A DNA stretch of 44,013 nt, from NCBI GenBank assembly GCA_963755715.1, contig CAVWLW010000042.1:1-44013 (forward strand). The letters are read 5' to 3'. This DNA comes from an uncultured delta proteobacterium (GTDB taxonomy: Bacteria > Desulfobacterota > Binatia > UBA9968). The notes beneath the pieces were generated by a model. The model was given only the letters and a program-made list of their open reading frames with translations, was not told the origin of the DNA and did no database searches. Numbering within the stretch: position 1 is the stretch's first letter; each line of letters begins with the position of its first letter. The position numbers and the translations under genes are program-made. This document shows, in pieces, positions 28,856-37,872 of the stretch.

Positions 28856-29806
28856 CTAATCAAGATAACCTTTCTCGCGAAAGTATTTCTTGGCTCCAGG
28901 ATGCAGCGGAATGGTCAACTGGCCGGCTTCGCCGCCGCGGCAGAATTCTGTCATTGTCATCGGCCGCTTGTCGAAATGATCGACGGGAATTTGCGCGTGG
29001 CAAAGATCGACGGCTTTGGCCATGTCGTAAGCGATCGATGACGGCAAGTCGGCATGGCAGAAAAAAGTCCAGCCGCTAAAATCGACGCAGCGAATTGCCT
29101 GCTCGAGCTTCGGATATTGTCCGCGTGTAAGCATGGCGGTAGGGAAGCCAAGTTTTTGCATGTGGCGCGCGGCGGCGTCGTTGATCGGCAAAAATCGCAT
29201 CCCTGAGTCGAGAGCGCGCTCGCCCCAGCTTTTGACGCCTTCGTCGAAGACGGCATCGGCACTGCCGGACGCGATATGATCTTTACGCTCTTTGCTACTC
29301 GGGGAAGACACCTCCATCACTTTGCCGCCCCAACGCTCGATGTCGCGGTAGCTCATGCCGTAGGCTTTGAGCACTTCTTCTATGGCGTAGGCCGTGGTTT
29401 GCAGTTTGTTGCGCCGGCGCGTCGAGACGCGCAGCGGATATTTTTGTTTTTTGACGTCGTCGAGCGAGTGGATGCCGGTCTCTTTGCGCACCGCGAAAAT
29501 AAGTCGATCCCAGGTCGGAAATACGCCGATGGCGCGGAGCGGAATTTTTTTCTTATAAAACCCGCGGCCAAGGTAAGCCATCGCCGAGAGACCTACCGGG
29601 TTGCCGAAGCCGAAGTCGCATTTCTTTTTGCCAACAAGAATTGCTGGGCCCGTGCCGCCGAGCTCGGAGTCGCGCCAGCCCATGCGCACGTCGAGCTCGG
29701 ATTGGCGCGGCAATTCGACATTGTTAAAAAAAGTCAGAGCGACGACGTTGGCGATGTCGACGCGCTTGGAGGTAGCGCCGATGGTGAGTTTAATGGGTTT
29801 GTCCAT
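28856..29806 (-). CDS. TAXI-family TRAP solute-receptor-like protein, no signal peptide
   Basis: LRAIGVFP, GIHSLDD, C-terminal IPLHPGAKKYFREKGYL. Confidence 0.85.
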   Translation of the reverse strand: MDKPIKLTIGATSKRVDIANVVALTFFNNVELPRQSELDVRMGWRDSELGGTGPAILVGKKKCDFGFGNPVGLSAMAYLGRGFYKKKIPLRAIGVFPTWDRLIFAVRKETGIHSLDDVKKQKYPLRVSTRRRNKLQTTAYAIEEVLKAYGMSYRDIERWGGKVMEVSSPSSKERKDHIASGSADAVFDEGVKSWGERALDSGMRFLPINDAAARHMQKLGFPTAMLTRGQYPKLEQAIRCVDFSGWTFFCHADLPSSIAYDMAKAVDLCHAQIPVDHFDKRPMTMTEFCRGGEAGQLTIPLHPGAKKYFREKGYLD

Positions 29807-29902
29807 GTTGTGGTCCTACTGAATGTTTCTGCTGGATTGAGTCGGAGCGTTCACGACGAAGATCCGGTGCGACAAAGCTTCAGCCAAAAAGAAAATGCAG
29901 GG

Positions 29903-29985
29903 TTTACCACGAAGGCACGAAGGGCACGAAGGTCGGAATAATTTTCATCTCTAAACTTCGTGCTCTTCGCGTCCTTCGTGGTGAA
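29903..29985. repeat. Inverted array of CACGAAG units
   Basis: ACCACGAAGGCACGAAGGGCACGAAG ... CTTCGTGCTCTTCGCGTCCTTCGTGGT. Confidence 0.8.
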
Positions 29986-30004
29986 GTAGATTCTTCGATT
30001 ACCA

Positions 30005-30445
30005 TCAGTTCGCTTGCCGCTGTCTCCGGCCGCCGGGCCGGGGAAAATGCAGCTCCAAATAATTTCCTTCGGAGTCGAACATGTAAATGGTGTTGCCACT
30101 GTCGCGCTCGACACTGCGGTGAAAGCGGCCGAGCTCTTTCGCCGTCTTCAAGGCGTCGTCGTAATCTTCCCACGCCATATCGAAGGCCTGATGAAAGATG
30201 CCGTCTTCGTCGAGCGCGTCGCGTTCGATCGGCTTGGGCCGCTCGAACAACACCACGTCGTCGCTGCCGCAACGGAAGCGGTCGAGCTTCTGCGCCACGC
30301 CGTGAATCGGAAACGAGTCCGGATTGTTCGGATTGCCGCCGACTCGGCCGAGATATTCCATGCCGAGAACCTTGGTGTAGAAATCTTTGGCGCGATCCAG
30401 GTTATCCACCGGTATGCCCATGTGATAAACCTTTTGTAATTTCAT
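30005..30445 (-). CDS. VOC/glyoxalase family protein
   Basis: HMGIPV, FYTKVLGM, HQAF, YMFDSEGNYLELH. Confidence 0.9.
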   Translation of the reverse strand: MKLQKVYHMGIPVDNLDRAKDFYTKVLGMEYLGRVGGNPNNPDSFPIHGVAQKLDRFRCGSDDVVLFERPKPIERDALDEDGIFHQAFDMAWEDYDDALKTAKELGRFHRSVERDSGNTIYMFDSEGNYLELHFPRPGGRRQRQAN

Positions 30446-31213
30446 GATCCACTCCCTTCTGCCTCGATTGCGGGCGTGATTTTCTGCCTAAGTGGAATTA
30501 CTGTCAAGCGGACAGGACCGAGCGGTTTAGCCAAAACGATTTTCACCGCTGTTATCTTTGCCTGCGGCGAGGATGTCGCGAAGATCCGCAATGTTCGCTC
30601 GTTCAGACAAGCGATCATGACGCCAATTGGGTTCGCCAGTGACCAGCGGTCGGAGTGCACGACAGGTCACGCATCACAGTCAAGTAAGGGGAGCGAGAGT
30701 AGGTGGCTTCGGGAAATACGGGCGAAGCACAGTTGATTTGAAGTCAGATGGACTGCGATAAACACCGATCAAAGTTAGGGATTTATCGCGTTGTCCGCAA
30801 GCTGTCCGCCCTTTTTATTGAGGGGTACCCAGGCCGTTCACCGATAATCACCCGACACGAGGATTTTCAGGGACCGTGTACACCCTACACCATCGGTATT
30901 GATCGGTCTCAATCTGAGTGAATTCCGCCGATTAGCCCCCTTCCCGACTCCCCCGTTTTCCCCTTCCAATGCCATAGCGCCCGATGGTTCTGAGAAAGTT
31001 CCGAGAAAAGTCGGCATCAGATCGGTTTGCTTTTTTTTCGCCGACCGTCGTCAGGCTCCCAGCACAGGGACTTCTCATGATCGTGTCGTTCGGAACCGAT
31101 CAAAGCCACGCCATTTTTTTTGCTTTCCACCCGCTTTCTCATTGGCCGTATGATCGCAACGACTTCCGGAGTTCCTCCGGTTTCCCAAGACCCAGACCGA
31201 GGAGGTAACCACA

Positions 31214-31492
31214 ATGAACGAACGATCTACACAGGAAACTCAATGCGCGGAGTTGCAATCCCAAAATCGACCTATGATGACCAGGGTTCAGAAAAATAAC
31301 CGTCTTAAACAGCCGTGCACGCCTAGCAGCGGGCATCGTGAGCGTTGTCACAGTCCGATTTGCCACAACCCGCTTGAACCAATCGAAAACGGATGGCGAA
31401 GGACTGAGCGTCTACACTGCTCGGACAAATGCCGGCAGGATGCGTCGATCATTTGCTGGCATGTCTTTGAAGGAGTTCTGCTTTCGAACTGA
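31214..31492 (+). CDS. Hypothetical protein with C-x4-C...C-x3-C zinc-finger-like motif
   Basis: GGAGGT RBS; CHSPIC...HCSDKCR. Confidence 0.6.
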   Translation: MNERSTQETQCAELQSQNRPMMTRVQKNNRLKQPCTPSSGHRERCHSPICHNPLEPIENGWRRTERLHCSDKCRQDASIICWHVFEGVLLSN

Positions 31493-31570
31493 GCGGAAAT
31501 ACTGACGAGACCGGTAGCCTGCTCATCGACTTTTCCTGCATAATTCGGATGTCACAATGCTCAGAGTGGC

Positions 31571-31585
31571 TGGCACGTGCATTGC
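31571..31585 (+). promoter_or_regulatory. Sigma-54 (-24/-12) promoter
   Basis: TGGCACGTGCATTGC matches TGGCACG-N4-TTGC; AGGAGG and ATG 31618 follow. Confidence 0.85.
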
Positions 31586-31617
31586 GCCAATAACTCGCTA
31601 ACTGTAGGAGGTGTCGA

Positions 31618-32070
31618 ATGGAACGAATACAGAAATCGGTTTATGTCGATTTGCCCTTACAAGCTGTTTACAATCAGTGGACCCAATTTGAAGAATTTCC
31701 CCTGTTTATGGAAGGGGTAAAACATGTGGAGCAGCTTGATGACAAGCGCCTTCATTGGGATGTGGAGATCGCTGGAAAACCCAAAGAGTGGAACGCGAGA
31801 ATCACTGAGCAGATTCCCGATCAACGGATCGCCTGGGAAAGCGAAGCCGGCGAGAACACCGCAGGGGTGGTGTCTTTCCAAGCAGACGGCCCTAACCGAA
31901 CCCAGGTCAACCTGGAACTCTTTTATGATCCCAAGGGATTTGTCGAATCGGCCGGAGATTCGATTGGGGTTGTATCGCGGCGCGTTGAGAATGACCTTGA
32001 GCACTTCAAAGAATTTATCGAGAACCGCCACCGCGAGACCGGGGCGTGGCGCGGCACCATCAGGGAGTAG
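31618..32070 (+). CDS. SRPBCC (polyketide cyclase/dehydrase) family protein
   Basis: YNQWTQFEEFPLFMEGV, EQIPDQRIAW, ETGAWRG. Confidence 0.93.
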   Translation: MERIQKSVYVDLPLQAVYNQWTQFEEFPLFMEGVKHVEQLDDKRLHWDVEIAGKPKEWNARITEQIPDQRIAWESEAGENTAGVVSFQADGPNRTQVNLELFYDPKGFVESAGDSIGVVSRRVENDLEHFKEFIENRHRETGAWRGTIRE

Positions 32071-32242
32071 GGCTTTACATATACCAACCCTGGACCTTTT
32101 GGAAAAAACTCTAGGCGGAAAAAATAAAAATTTTCAAACTCAAAAGAGCAGCTAATGCATTAAGCGCTGGGGGGGCGATCCAGCAGGACTCGCCCGGCGG
32201 TATATCTACCCACGGGAATCGAAAGTAGCCGGAGAGATTAGG

Positions 32243-32578
32243 TTACTTCTTGCCGGATTTTTTCTTCGCCGCCCAATACGCTTTCAATTTCGCCGACAAC
32301 TTCGCTCGGGTAGCCGTACTGATTACGGTCTTTTTGGCCGCGGGTCTGGCAGAAACGGTCGCCGGTTTCGAACTTCGAACCTTTGCCCATCTTGCTTTTT
32401 GAGTAGCCGCAATCTTCTTTTTCACAGAAGCGCTCATGGTCCGATTCCTCGTTGGCGCCGCTCGCGATGTAGGCTGCGCACCGAGGATGCCGCGCAGCTG
32501 TTTGTTCAGAGCGTCGATTTGTTCTTTGATGGCGGCAGCACGCTTCAGTTGCTGTGGTGTAAGGTCAAATAGGTTCAT
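32243..32578 (-). CDS. Small basic putative DNA-binding (nucleoid-associated-like) protein
   Basis: N-terminal coiled coil, two K/R-rich helices ending ARWAK / AYWAAKK; GGAGG RBS. Confidence 0.8.
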   Translation of the reverse strand: MNLFDLTPQQLKRAAAIKEQIDALNKQLRGILGAQPTSRAAPTRNRTMSASVKKKIAATQKARWAKVRSSKPATVSARPAAKKTVISTATRAKLSAKLKAYWAAKKKSGKK

Positions 32579-32652
32579 GTCGGTAGTAGACCTCCAAAGC
32601 GATTCTATAGCAAGGCAAATATCCGGTTTCGTACTCTCCCGTCGTAGGTCTT

Positions 32653-33078
32653 TTAGAGTTTGATAGGATGCACCTTCCCGTTGATGATGAGCAGCGGCTC
32701 CTGGCGAAAACGACCCAGCGATATCCTGACGTTCACGCCATGGTTTTTTAGCCTGCGATATATTGGCCAGAGTTTTAGATATCGTTGAAAGTAAGTCTGT
32801 GCCGCCTCGCCGTAAACGCCTTCGAGAATCTCCAAGAGGTCATTAGACGCTTGAGCGTCTCGGTCTCCGAAGTTACGGGGATCAAGATTATAGGGTGCTG
32901 TGTTTTCGGTGTCCGCCAAATTGCCTAACGAGTGGTCATCTGAAGGGGAGCTAGCAATACGATGATGCGCTCGCCTGGCGGTTCGCCTATTATGATCAAG
33001 AACCCGTACTAGGAACCAAATCAAGCCAAGGACAATTCCAATTCGATGTTTTTTGGTCATGATCATCCTAGAAACCAT
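32653..33078 (-). CDS. Hypothetical protein with N-terminal hydrophobic segment
   Basis: 141-aa ORF with IGIVLGLIWFLV; no domain recognised. Confidence 0.4.
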   Translation of the reverse strand: MVSRMIMTKKHRIGIVLGLIWFLVRVLDHNRRTARRAHHRIASSPSDDHSLGNLADTENTAPYNLDPRNFGDRDAQASNDLLEILEGVYGEAAQTYFQRYLKLWPIYRRLKNHGVNVRISLGRFRQEPLLIINGKVHPIKL

Positions 33079-33581
33079 AACGCTCGAATCGCAATTCCCT
33101 CGGTATCAACGAGCGTGGTCCTGGAAGCTTCTGCCACCCGATGGACCGGACCTTAGCACAGGGAGGGTGCTTGAACCAGTTTTGTTTTTGACGCGCGCCA
33201 TTTTCTCTACGGCATAATCGTATAGATTTTGTAGCGTTCCTCTTTCCATGCAAACTTTATCGAGTCCATCGCCGGCAAGGGCGGAGTGCTGTAACCACAG
33301 CTTGTCTGTCTTTACATAATTTTTCCCTCTCATGTAAGTAAAAGTGCATCGAATTTTCGTCGGGGGATAAGCCAGTAGTCGAAAAATCAATATCCTCGCG
33401 GATACGAGGTCGACAAACCTCTGGCATGGTGGTTGCGTTATCCAAGGAATAAGTTTTGCCCGTTGGTTTTGTCGGCGTCCAGCGCATCCGATGGGCCGGA
33501 GTTTTGGGATACGTCGCTTGGATTGCCGACGGTGATACCGCCACTCGTTCGAGAGCATGGGCAGGGGATACATGTACTGCC

Positions 33582-33964
33582 ATGGATGAGCCTACCAGTC
33601 TAAAATTCGTGAACAGGCGTATTGGCGAGTTGACGAAAGAGTATGCCGCAGCGCAAACACTCATGCCCGCACATCGGCGATTTTTGAAGAGCTTTCGCAG
33701 CTGAGCATCGTCCGAGACGAGCTTAAAAAAATCCAGAGGAAGGTCTACACCGCCGAGCAGCCCACCGAGCGTCCGAAAATTGAAACGCTTTTCCGAGAGA
33801 TGGATAAGCTTGCGCGCCAGATTGCCGAGACCCGGAGAGAGAATCGAGACAGGTGTGAGATCGTCAATGAGATCACGAGACTTAGCTTTCTCGCTGACTC
33901 TCTATCCAAATCTAAAGAACTCACAATGATTGAGCGCTTGTCGTCTTCCGAGCACTTGTCATAG
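33582..33964 (+). pseudogene. Helical hypothetical protein, frameshifted near 33655
   Basis: MDEPTSLKFVNRRIGELTKEYAAA, then other frame RTSAIFEELSQLSIVRDELKK...EMDKLARQIAET...EIVNEITRLS...HLS*. Confidence 0.55.
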
Positions 33965-34008
33965 AATTAAATGGTATCAATGTTTGTTGTCGCCTAACCC
34001 GAACGTAA

Positions 34009-34377
34009 ATGCCAAGTATTCTTATTGCCGAGGACAATGAGGATCTCCGAAAAATGCTCGCATGGCTTCTGCAACCTCGTGGCTACGAAACGTTACAGGC
34101 GGCAACTGGCCAAGAAGCCATCCAAGTTGCAATCGCCGCGCAACCCAACCTTATCCTCTTGGACCTCAATCTACCCGACATGAACGGGGCGGACGTTGCG
34201 CGGGCGATAAAGACAAATACACGCACGGCGCATATCCCGATTGTTGGTTGGAGCGCGTATTTTGGAGAGCATTGGCGCGAAGAAGCACTGCGAGCAGGAA
34301 TGGTCGCTTATATGGAAAAGCCACTTTCAGTGCCAGTAATTGAGGCAACAATCAAACAATTCATCCTGGCGGATTAA
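34009..34377 (+). CDS. Single-domain response regulator (DivK-like)
   Basis: ILIAEDN, ILLDLNLP, GWSAY, MEKP. Confidence 0.95.
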   Translation: MPSILIAEDNEDLRKMLAWLLQPRGYETLQAATGQEAIQVAIAAQPNLILLDLNLPDMNGADVARAIKTNTRTAHIPIVGWSAYFGEHWREEALRAGMVAYMEKPLSVPVIEATIKQFILAD

Positions 34378-34383
34378 TGACGT

Positions 34384-34617
34384 TCATGTGAAGTTGCACT
34401 CACTTTTAACTCGATGAAATTCCTTCTCTGGCACACCAAACTTTCGTAGGACCAATCGCAACTTCTTGCTCCAACGTTCGGCAGTTTCGTGTTGGGCTTT
34501 GTGGCTCAGGATCAAACAAATATAAGCGCAGACAGTCTTGGAGTGGCCATTGTCCAGCCGTTTAGGGAAGTGCTCGGTCCAGCTGCTCTCTATATCTGCG
34601 TCCTTGATCGGCTTCAT
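34384..34617 (-). CDS. Small hypothetical protein (WxxH[YF]PKR family, copy 3)
   Basis: WTEHFPKRLDNGHSKTVC; WSKKL and VPEKEF match WSDKL and IPKEQF of copy 2. Confidence 0.8.
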   Translation of the reverse strand: MKPIKDADIESSWTEHFPKRLDNGHSKTVCAYICLILSHKAQHETAERWSKKLRLVLRKFGVPEKEFHRVKSECNFT

Positions 34618-34927
34618 GGTAAATCCCCGATAATTGAGAAGTGCTTACGTACCCGCGACCCTGCTTATCGCCGACCTCGAAATGCCCGAGTGGAGATCGA
34701 TCGTGCGGCACGCCGTAAAAACAACCCGCGCAGAGAAAGTGTCAGAGCATGTGTGTCGACTAATTTGCCTCTGATGGATACCGAGTGTTCCAAGCAGATA
34801 GCTTTAAAGCGGCTGTTTCTCATATTCACTTGCCAACAACTCATAATGGGCTAATTTATTCGGGCCGTAAGATTGAACTGAATTCTCCATCTACTAAATC
34901 CTGTGAGATTCGTCTGAAGCGTCGTTG

Positions 34928-36877
34928 ATCGACATAGGTAGGCTCTCGCGAGCTGTCCCTGTCACACCACCGGGCATACGGGTCACGTACCACGGCGGTT
35001 CGATCGGGTTAAGCATTTGAAGCGCCGGCTAATCTCGGAAGGCCGATCGAGTCGAAATAGCGATTGCGCAGTGCTTGTTGAACCGCCGGATGGCCTGACA
35101 TACGCCAGAGTCCCGTCGGTGAACCGGCGGCGACCGCAGCATTAAACTTCGGTACGCCGCGTCGATGCAGTTCTTTAAAACGGTTGTGTCCGTTCAGCCA
35201 CTGCCGCCAGAGGTACATCCGTAGTCTCCGGCGAATCCACGCATCCAGAGTCGACAGCACTTTAGGAGTTTGGCAAAAGCCAAAGTAGCCGCGCCAGCCA
35301 ATCAGATATCGAGCCAGGGGCTCGACCAGCGTGACCAGACTTACTCCAGACGTCCGACGTGTCAGTTCCCGTACCCGTAGCTTGAACCGTTGAACCGCCT
35401 TCGGCGCAATTTGCCGTTGGCGCCCATCGTTCGTGATACTAAAGCCCAGGAACTTTCGCTCCTCTGGTCGAGCCACAGCGCTCTTTGACTCGTTGACTTT
35501 CAGCCGAAGCCTAGTCGTCAGAAATCGGCTCACGCTGGCCATGACCCGCTCGCCCGCCCGCCGACTGCATACGTACACGTTACAGTCATCTGCGTAACGA
35601 CAGAATCGATGACCGCGGCGTTCCAGTTCCTTATCGAGTTCATCAAGCACCAGGTTACTTAACAGAGGAGAAACAGGACCCCCTTGCGGTGTCCCTTCAT
35701 CGATCGGACGGACCAACCCGTCTTCCATCACTCCAGCGTTTAAAAACGCTCGGATGATCTTGAGCACTCGCTTATCAGCCACCCGCTCCGCCACCCTTGC
35801 CATCAGCCTGTCATGGTTGACTCGATCGAAGAATTTCTCCAGGTCAATATCAACCACCCAGTTGTAGCCCTCAGCGATGTACGCTTGAGCTTGGGCTACC
35901 GCCTGATGCGCTGAGCGACCCGGGCGGAATCCATAGCTGTGCTCGGAAAACGTTGGGTCCCAACCTCTCTGCAGAACCTGAAGCAACGCTTGCTGAATCA
36001 GTCTATCGACGATGCAAGGAACGCCGAGCTTTCTGATCCCACCATCCGGCTTAGGAATTTCCACCCGCTTGACCGGTTGTGGCTTGTAAGTTCCGCTTAG
36101 CAGCTGTTCCCGAATCTCTAGCCAGTGCTCCCGCAGATAGAAAACGGCCTGCTCGATGGTCATCCCATCGACCCCCGCACTACCTTTGTTCTCCCGGACA
36201 CGCTTCCACGCTATTTCAAGATTTTCTCGTTGGCACACCTCCTCCATTAACCGTTCTTCCATTGCCAGGCTTTCAGAGTTTCGCTTCGCCACATGCGCTT
36301 CGGTCCCTTTGCGGACAAGGTTAGGGGTTTCACCCCAACCTCCTTCCGTGAAGGCCAGATGCAATTGCTTGCTCCGGATTTTCTGCCGCTTTGCGCTCAT
36401 GAGTTGCGAGTCCTACTTGCCACTCCCAATCGTTCAGGCCTTCAGCAAGTCGTTACCGGTCCGGCGAGCCCTGCCGTTTCTCCCCTTTCGGGCGAGTGTC
36501 CCAATCGAGTGGACCGACTGCCCTTGCCTACTTTGCCCTCTGCTGACTTCTGCGCCGCGGTCGGGTTGCCTCACGGCTTCCTCAGTTCCAATTTGGAACA
36601 CAGCGCAGATCTCCCGAGGTAAGCCCGACAGCTTTCACCGCACACCTGCCGGATCTACATCTCTGGCCCTTAATGGATATGGACTTCGCGACTAGTCGCA
36701 CGCTCGTCCGACCCGAGATGCCTGATATCCGGTTTCTGTTCGTCAGGTCGCGGCTTTGCTCCACGCTTCCTTCAGACGCCACCTCACGATGACGCCCTTG
36801 CGCTTTGCTAATCCTTCACCTCCATCAGGTTGGATAGGGGACTCTCACCCCTAAGCTGTCAAACATGCTCGGCACAC
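34928..36877 (-). mobile_element. Group II intron, class IIC
   Basis: 5' GTGTGCCGAGCATG...GGGGTGAGAGTCCCC; DV GAACCGCCGTGGTACGTGACCCGTATGCCCGGTGGTGT with CGC triad; ends ...CCTATGTCGAT; hairpin in 5' exon. Confidence 0.92.
35009..36400 (-). CDS. ltrA: Group II intron reverse transcriptase/maturase, no endonuclease domain
   Basis: NKGSAGVDG, RKLGVPCIVDRLIQQA, GTPQGG, RYADD, FLGF, domain X GWRGYF. Confidence 0.97.
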   Translation of the reverse strand: MSAKRQKIRSKQLHLAFTEGGWGETPNLVRKGTEAHVAKRNSESLAMEERLMEEVCQRENLEIAWKRVRENKGSAGVDGMTIEQAVFYLREHWLEIREQLLSGTYKPQPVKRVEIPKPDGGIRKLGVPCIVDRLIQQALLQVLQRGWDPTFSEHSYGFRPGRSAHQAVAQAQAYIAEGYNWVVDIDLEKFFDRVNHDRLMARVAERVADKRVLKIIRAFLNAGVMEDGLVRPIDEGTPQGGPVSPLLSNLVLDELDKELERRGHRFCRYADDCNVYVCSRRAGERVMASVSRFLTTRLRLKVNESKSAVARPEERKFLGFSITNDGRQRQIAPKAVQRFKLRVRELTRRTSGVSLVTLVEPLARYLIGWRGYFGFCQTPKVLSTLDAWIRRRLRMYLWRQWLNGHNRFKELHRRGVPKFNAAVAAGSPTGLWRMSGHPAVQQALRNRYFDSIGLPRLAGASNA

Positions 36878-37022
36878 GACTAAACCGCTTCGCGGTAGGC
36901 CGGAGGGCCGGAGTCCTGCGATTAGCGATCTTGCTGCTTTAATTTCGCAGTTATCATTTCTCTGACGTTGTGCCTGGGTGCAGTGATAGCCTCAGTGAAA
37001 ATTTTCACTCAAGGAGGCTGTC

Positions 37023-37869
37023 ATGGGAGCATTACGGGACCGAATGATCGAGGAGATGAAGCTGCGGAACTTTTCTGCTGCAACGCAAAAGACTTACCTC
37101 TACGCGGTGACGCGGCTGGCGAAATATTATGGCAAAGCGCCGGATCAGCTCAGTAAGGAAGATATCCGAGCGTTTCTTGTACATCTGCTGGTGGAGCGGA
37201 AGTTATCGCCCAATGGTCTGACCGGCTACTGTTCGGGGCTGCGCTTTTTCTATAACGAAACCCTAGGGTGGGACGAGAACAAGCTGTTCATTCCACCGCG
37301 GAGGAAATCTTCACCTGCTGGCTGAAGTGTTCAGTCCCGAGGAGGTCGTGCGCCTTATCCGCGCCGCCCGAGGTCTCAAGCAGCGTGTTTTATTGATGAG
37401 CGCCTATTCGGCAGGGCTCCGAGTCAGCGAGTTAGTCAATCTCAAGATCACCGACATCGATCCAGCACGCATGACGCTTCGTGTCAGGCAAGGTAAAGGC
37501 GGCAAAGACCGTTATGCCATTTTGTCGCAGAACCTGCTGGTGGAACTGCGTGTATATTGGAAACGCTACCGACCTGTGGTCTGGCTTTTCCCCAACCGAG
37601 CCAAGACCGGCCCCTTGAGTCGAGGAGAAGCTTGGCACATCTTCAACTCGGCGAAGAGAAGAGCGGGGCTTAAAAAAGGCCGTGGCATACACAGCCTACG
37701 GGCGTGCTTTGCCACCCATCTGTTGGAAGCCGGTGTAGACTTGCGCTCGATCCAGTTCTTAATGGGGCACACCTCGCTTCTATCCACCCAGCGCTACTTA
37801 AGGCTACGACCACAGAATGTTGACCGAGCCCTAAGTCCGCTCGACAGGCTGCCGTTAACGACGCTCTAA
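37023..37869 (+). CDS. Tyrosine recombinase with N-terminal SAM-like domain (frameshift ~37318)
   Basis: MKLRNFSAATQKTY; SAGLRVSE, GKGGKDR, HSLR, LMGH, TQRY catalytic residues. Confidence 0.92.
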
Positions 37870-37872
37870 GCC

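Noticed and set aside
30522-30538. GCGGTTTAGCCAAAACG as a third copy of the element end motif
   Set aside because: Lacks the GTCCAAC core and a following hairpin; may be chance, though it is near the accessory boundary
33068-33664. Overlapping minus-strand ORFs of 61-155 aa
   Set aside because: No motifs or clear RBS; cannot choose a real frame
35009-36400. RT as retron, DGR or defence RT
   Set aside because: Complete group II intron boundaries, DV/DVI and maturase domain X explain it
37310-37330. Programmed frameshift in the recombinase
   Set aside because: No slippery heptamer; many similar indels elsewhere suggest error
37023-37869. Recombinase as integron integrase IntI
   Set aside because: Short, no evident IntI-specific insertion, co-oriented with and coupled to an IS91-type transposase
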